Assembly (NCBI RefSeq): GCF_049584895.1
Contig: NZ_JBAUYR010000097.1
Location: forward strand, 2,921 to 66,920
DNA length: 64,000 bases
Reading direction: 5' to 3'
Source: Candidatus Binatus sp.
GTDB lineage: Bacteria; Desulfobacterota; Binatia; Binatales; Binataceae
In this document: one piece after another, positions 59,384 through 64,000 of the stretch
Numbering within the stretch: the stretch's first letter is position 1
Layout of the letters: every line of letters starts with the position of its first letter
Notes under the pieces: generated by a model
The model's input: only the letters and a program-made list of their open reading frames with translations
What the model was told of the DNA's origin: nothing
Databases searched by the model: none
Translations under genes and position numbers: made by a program

Positions 59384-60196
59384 CTATGAAGCTTTCTGCG
59401 CGACGGGCTGATCCTGCCAGAGCTTGATGCCGCCGAGCAGGCCGTCGGTGTTGCTGACTATCTTGACGTTTTCCGGCAGCTTGAAGTCGATGGTCGGGGC
59501 ATTGCCGCCCCCGATGTATAGCCGGTCGTAGTTGAAGGTCTTTGACAACTCGTCAATCGCTGCGCCCAGGATCCGGTTCCATTTCTTTTTGCCTTTCTTT
59601 CGGAACGCCTTGATGCCGAGCTCATCTTCATAGGTCTTGCCGTTGTGAAACGGATGATGCCCCAACTCGAGATGAATCCGATGCCCGTCGACGAACAGCA
59701 CCGATCCGAATCCGGTGCCGAGCGTGATTACCAGCTCGACGCCGTGGCCGGTGACGCATCCGAGGCCCTGCACGTCGGCGTCGTTGGCGATTCGCACGGG
59801 CACCTTGAGCTCCTTTTTGAGCGCCTTCTCGAGGTTGAACGCTTTCCATCCCTTGCCCAGGTTCGCGGCAGTATAGACGACGCCGTTTTTGATCACGCCG
59901 GGGAATCCTATTGACGCGCGATCGAACTCGCCGGCCATCTTCGCTAGCTCCTGGATGATGGCGATCACTTTCTTCGGCGTCGCGTTATGCGGTGTCTTGA
60001 TCTTTTGCCGCTCAGTGATCATTTTGCCTTTTTCGTCGAGCACCGCGGCCTTGATTCCAGTCCCGCCAACATCGACTGCAAGGGTGGTTGTCGACTTCGG
60101 CACTGACGTCGTCGCGGGTGTTGGCAATTTCACTACCGCCGCAGGTTTTGCGACTGGTTTTCCGGCCGGAATCTTCGCAAGTTGTTCTTCTTTCAT
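59384..60196 (-). CDS. ppgK: ROK-family polyphosphate glucokinase
   Basis: LAVDVGGTGIKAAV...GFPGVIKNG...NDADVQGLG. Confidence 0.85.
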   Translation of the reverse strand: MKEEQLAKIPAGKPVAKPAAVVKLPTPATTSVPKSTTTLAVDVGGTGIKAAVLDEKGKMITERQKIKTPHNATPKKVIAIIQELAKMAGEFDRASIGFPGVIKNGVVYTAANLGKGWKAFNLEKALKKELKVPVRIANDADVQGLGCVTGHGVELVITLGTGFGSVLFVDGHRIHLELGHHPFHNGKTYEDELGIKAFRKKGKKKWNRILGAAIDELSKTFNYDRLYIGGGNAPTIDFKLPENVKIVSNTDGLLGGIKLWQDQPVAQKAS

Positions 60197-60218
60197 TTGC
60201 TCACTCTTGGATTGAGGC

Positions 60219-61616
60219 GTGGCTGGATTGCGCGCGTGCTCGCGTTCGCTCCTTTATATAGCAAATATATCAAGCTGCACTTACACAGTTGGGGGACGCT
60301 TTCTATTGGCATCGCGAATCGGAAACTACTTCGGGCTGGAGGCCGCCGGCACCACCTTTCGACGCGAAGTGCTCGCGGGTGTCACCACCTTCGTCACGAT
60401 GTCGTACATAATCGCGGTCAACCCGGCAATCCTAAAAGCCGCGGGTATCCCCGAAGGGCCCTCGATGGTCGCGACCATCATGACCGCAATCGTCGGAACG
60501 CTCGTGATGGGTCTTTACGCCAACCGTCCGTTCGCGATTGCGCCGTACATGGGCGAGAACGCGTTCATCGCATTCACGGTGGTGAAGGTGCTTGGCTACC
60601 GTTGGCAAACCGCGATGGCAGCGGTGTTTCTGGCGGGCGTGATGTTCACGCTGTTGACCGTCGCTCGCGTGCGGGCATGGATGGTCGAAGCACTCCCGCC
60701 CGGGCTTAGTTACAGCTTCGGCGTGGGAATCGGATTGTTCCTGACCTTCATCGGACTCAACGAATCCGGGATCGTCGCGATTGGCGTGCCCGGCGCTCCG
60801 GTAAGACTCGGAAATCTCGCCACGCCTTCGGTCGAGATCGCGATTCTCAGCTTCGCGCTGATCGCGTTGATGATCGTCCGCCGGGTGTCGGGCGCAATCC
60901 TGCTCGGAATTTTGATCTCGGCCGCGACCGCCTTCGTCACCGGTGTCGCGAAGCCGCCGTCGGCGTGGGTCAGCATGCCACCGAGTCCGGCGCCGATCAT
61001 GATGCAAATCGATCTGCGCGGCGCCTTGAGCGTCGGATTTTTCGGCGTGCTGCTGACGATATTCGTGATCGCGTTGATCGACACGATGGGTTCGCTGATC
61101 GGAGTTTCCGCGCGCGCAGGCTTTCTCAACGCCGACGGCACCCTGCCGCAGATCGAACGCCCGATGCTCGCCGATGCGATCGCCACAATGTTCGCGGGTC
61201 TGGCCGGCACGACGACTGCCGGCGCGTATATCGAGTCCGCGGCCGGCGTCCAGGTCGGCGGACGGACAGGGCTGACCGCATTGGTGGTTGCCGCGCTGTT
61301 CGCGATGTCGCTGTTTTTCGCACCGCTGGTCGCCGCGATTCCCGCCGCCGCCTATGCGCCCGCGCTGATCGTGGTCGGCGCGATGATGGTCTCACCCGTC
61401 GTCGGAATCGACTTCGACGACTATACCGAGGCGATTCCCGCCTTCACTGTGATTGCGCTGATGAGCTTCACCTACAATATCGGCGTGGGCATCACGGCCG
61501 GCCTGGTTCTTTATCCGCTGCTCAAACTCGCCGCCGGCCGCTATCAGGAGATTCGCGCCGGATTGTGGATTTTATGCATTCTGTCGATCCTATTTTATGT
61601 TTTTTATCCATACTAA
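60219..61616 (+). CDS. NCS2/AzgA-family purine (adenine/guanine/hypoxanthine) permease
   Basis: YFGLEAAGTTFRREVLAGVTTFVTMSYIIAVNPAIL. The true start is probably an in-frame TTG near 60306. Confidence 0.85.
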   Translation: MAGLRACSRSLLYIANISSCTYTVGGRFLLASRIGNYFGLEAAGTTFRREVLAGVTTFVTMSYIIAVNPAILKAAGIPEGPSMVATIMTAIVGTLVMGLYANRPFAIAPYMGENAFIAFTVVKVLGYRWQTAMAAVFLAGVMFTLLTVARVRAWMVEALPPGLSYSFGVGIGLFLTFIGLNESGIVAIGVPGAPVRLGNLATPSVEIAILSFALIALMIVRRVSGAILLGILISAATAFVTGVAKPPSAWVSMPPSPAPIMMQIDLRGALSVGFFGVLLTIFVIALIDTMGSLIGVSARAGFLNADGTLPQIERPMLADAIATMFAGLAGTTTAGAYIESAAGVQVGGRTGLTALVVAALFAMSLFFAPLVAAIPAAAYAPALIVVGAMMVSPVVGIDFDDYTEAIPAFTVIALMSFTYNIGVGITAGLVLYPLLKLAAGRYQEIRAGLWILCILSILFYVFYPY

Positions 61617-61719
61617 TAGGCGAGGGTGGACAGTCTTCGAATCACATGGATTGATTTAGCGCCGTTACGAGCTTATGTTTATGGTGTGGAAAATTATCGA
61701 GTGTTTTCATGGGGTGAGT

Positions 61720-61992
61720 ATGGCTATTTTCACAAAGCGGTTTGCGGACGCCGATGAGTACGAGGAATGGCTGACCAAGGCCAGCGGCCGGGTCAACGTC
61801 CTTTCGATTAGCAAAACGCCTACCATCTTTGGTTCGACCACCATTCAGCCGAATGGTCCGGTCGTTTTGAAGTACCAGACTAATGATAAGTCGTTCGCTC
61901 CGGCAAAAGGTGCGGCGGCAAAGACCGTGGAGTATGCAATCGTAGGGGCCGCGTTCTTCGCGCTATTCGCCTACCTGATCACAGAACTCTAG
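61720..61992 (+). CDS. Small hypothetical protein with C-terminal TM anchor
   Basis: ATG at 61720 after GGGGTGAG. C-terminal hydrophobic segment is YAIVGAAFFALFAYLI. Confidence 0.45.
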   Translation: MAIFTKRFADADEYEEWLTKASGRVNVLSISKTPTIFGSTTIQPNGPVVLKYQTNDKSFAPAKGAAAKTVEYAIVGAAFFALFAYLITEL

Positions 61993-62022
61993 CCTCGACC
62001 GACCATTGTCCGCGGCCCATCT

Positions 62023-64000
62023 CTAATCGGACCGATCTCCGCTGACTGGCGCGGGACTCAAAGAGCCGGGTGCGCGCACGATATGCTCGGACTTGAGCCG
62101 CAGCTTGCGAGTCTGCTCGTTGAACAGTTGCGAGTAGACGCCCGTGCGTTTCACCAGCTCGGCATGCGATCCCACTTCGACGATCTTCCCGCGATCGAGC
62201 ACCACGATAACGTCGGCGTCGACAGCGCTGGCGAGCCGATGCGCAATCAGGAACGAGGTGCGTCCCTTCATCAGGCGGCGCACCGCGTCGTGAATCAGGT
62301 TCTCGACCTCAGAATCAAGTCCGGAGGTCGCTTCGTCGAGAATCAGGATCGGCGGATTTTTCAGAAACACGCGCGCGAGCGCGAGGCGCTGGCGCTGGCC
62401 GGTCGAAGGCCGCACACCGCCCTCGCCTATCATCGTGTCGAGCTGGTCGGGCAGTGACTCGACGAAGTCGCGGATGTTCGCTTGTTCGAGCGCGTGCCAG
62501 ATTTCCGGGTCGGGCGCACCCGGGCGGCCGTATTGCACGTTCTCGCGAATCGACGCGCTGAACAAAATCGCGTCCTGCGGCACGATCCCGATCGAATCGC
62601 GCAGTGACTTGAGCGTCACGCTCGAAATGTCGGTGCCGTCGATCAGGATCCGGCCAGCGGCGAGCTCGTAGAAGCGCGGGATCAGGCCGGCGAGCGTGGT
62701 CTTGCCGGCGCCCGATCGCCCGACCAGCGCGACTGTCGTCCCGGCCGGAACTGTAAGGTTCACGTCCTCGAGCGTGATGCGAATCGGGCCGCCGTCGAGC
62801 GGCTTGTAGCCAAACTGCAGATGCTCGATCTCGACCAGCCCGCTATTCACTTTGAGCGTCGACGCGCCCGGCCGATCATGCACCTCGGGCGTTTCGTCGA
62901 AGAACGCGAAGATGCGCTCGATCGCCGCCAGCGCTGTCGCCACGATCACCGACAACTCGGAGAAGCGTTGCAACGGCAGGTAGAGCGCAGGGAGAAGGCC
63001 GAAGAACGCGACCACGGTTCCAATAGTCATTTTACCGTGCATGATCATCAGCGCGCCCGCCCAGATGACGATCAGCGGTGCCGCGCGCGAGATGAACTCG
63101 GTGAACATCTGATGGGTCGACGAAAGTTTCACGCTCTCGATCGTCAGGTCGTACATTTCGGTGGTGCGCTGATGGAAGCGGCGCGCCTCATCGGCCTCGC
63201 GCGCGAACGATTTCACGGTCGAGACGCCGGCGACCCGTTCCTGCAACTCGCCCGAGAACTCCTCGACCACTTCCTGCAGGTCGTGGCTGGTCTCCTTGAT
63301 TCGCGGCGACAGAATCCTGATCACCGCGACGTAGAACGGAATGATGATGAGCGAGATCCAGGCCAGCCGCACGTTCAGAGAAAACAGCAGCCAGATCACG
63401 AAGCCGAGCGACACGCCGTCCATCCAGATGTTGATCATCGCGGAGCCGACGAAGTTCTGCGCCATCGAGATGTCGGAAATGAAGCGCGAGACCACCGCGC
63501 CCGACGTCGTGCGATCGAAAAATGAATGCGACAGGCGTTGCATGTGCTTATACAGCGCGTAGCGCAGGTCGAAGATCAGGCGATGGCCCGCCATGCTCGC
63601 CCAATAGTTGCGGAAGTAGGTCGCGATCGCCTGCACGAAGAACAGCGCGAACATCGCAGCGGTCAACGCTTCGAGCTTGGCGGCAGAGCCGGCGCCAAGA
63701 TGAAGCATCGCGGCGATTGCTATGCACCATCCATCGATCCTCGAGTTCCAATGCTCGAGATGCGGCTGCGGAACAAGCAGAACGTCGAAGACGTATTTGA
63801 AGGCGAGCGGGAACGCGAGCGGCAGTGTGAACTTCAGGATGCCCATGACGGAGCCGCCCGCCACCAGCCAGAGATGCGGCCGCACGTAGCCAAGAAATCG
63901 CACCAGGGCCGTGCGCGGAACCAGGCGGTCGAAGATGCGCCCGAAAAACCCGCGGCTACGTTGGTCGGGTTCGCTTTCGCTGGGAGCGCCACCCGGCTCC
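62023..64000 (-). CDS. ABC exporter (fused TMD-NBD, MsbA-like); N-terminus runs off the window end
   Basis: Walker A GRSGAGKTT, signature STGQRQRLALARVF, Walker B ILILDEATSGLD. The frame stays open upstream of the GTG at 63903 to the window edge. Confidence 0.88.
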   Translation of the reverse strand, partial: EPGGAPSESEPDQRSRGFFGRIFDRLVPRTALVRFLGYVRPHLWLVAGGSVMGILKFTLPLAFPLAFKYVFDVLLVPQPHLEHWNSRIDGWCIAIAAMLHLGAGSAAKLEALTAAMFALFFVQAIATYFRNYWASMAGHRLIFDLRYALYKHMQRLSHSFFDRTTSGAVVSRFISDISMAQNFVGSAMINIWMDGVSLGFVIWLLFSLNVRLAWISLIIIPFYVAVIRILSPRIKETSHDLQEVVEEFSGELQERVAGVSTVKSFAREADEARRFHQRTTEMYDLTIESVKLSSTHQMFTEFISRAAPLIVIWAGALMIMHGKMTIGTVVAFFGLLPALYLPLQRFSELSVIVATALAAIERIFAFFDETPEVHDRPGASTLKVNSGLVEIEHLQFGYKPLDGGPIRITLEDVNLTVPAGTTVALVGRSGAGKTTLAGLIPRFYELAAGRILIDGTDISSVTLKSLRDSIGIVPQDAILFSASIRENVQYGRPGAPDPEIWHALEQANIRDFVESLPDQLDTMIGEGGVRPSTGQRQRLALARVFLKNPPILILDEATSGLDSEVENLIHDAVRRLMKGRTSFLIAHRLASAVDADVIVVLDRGKIVEVGSHAELVKRTGVYSQLFNEQTRKLRLKSEHIVRAPGSLSPAPVSGDRSD

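Noticed and set aside
60197-60310. Checked for a purine riboswitch upstream of the NCS2 permease
   Set aside because: No match to the conserved purine-riboswitch core was visible.

Overview
High-GC bacterial chromosomal window (about 60-65% GC judged by eye, not computed). It is gene-dense on both strands, with one tRNA, no rRNA and no CRISPR array. The left 14.7 kb (1-14707) is the right-hand part of a genomic island integrated at the 3' end of tRNA-Gly(CCC). It carries a partial SNF2 helicase, SSB, an ArdC anti-restriction protein and an AbiEi/AbiEii type IV TA whose toxin is frameshifted. It also carries a DUF2384/Xre antitoxin, a small ORF and a zeta-like P-loop kinase. Next comes a sensor-less sigma-54 activator divergent from an orphan 452-aa protein and a trypsin-fold serine protease, then xis-int abutting the tRNA. 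The rest looks like core chromosome. It includes DNA glycosylase, two GT39 membrane glycosyltransferases, a SAM hydrolase, an M50 protease, dCMP deaminase, HIT, CDGSH and Sir2 proteins, and a frameshifted ABC exporter. It also includes GNAT, tandem alpha/beta hydrolases, an ECF sigma/anti-sigma/CpxP-like module, XdhC-MocA and a second sigma-54 activator. There is a Tad/Flp pilus locus with two tandem flp genes. A contiguous caa3 oxidase plus dihaem-c/Rieske/cyt-b(c) respiratory cluster has actinobacterial ctaE-qcrCAB-like gene order. The window ends with pgi, a RelE/HigA-type TA, polyphosphate glucokinase, an NCS2 permease and a second ABC exporter that runs off the right edge. The best candidates for something undescribed are the island cassette at 9287-12847 and a three-copy hairpin-plus-TTAGGGG-tail intergenic repeat. 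All family calls come from reading motifs in the translations. No database search was possible, so they are recognitions, not hits.
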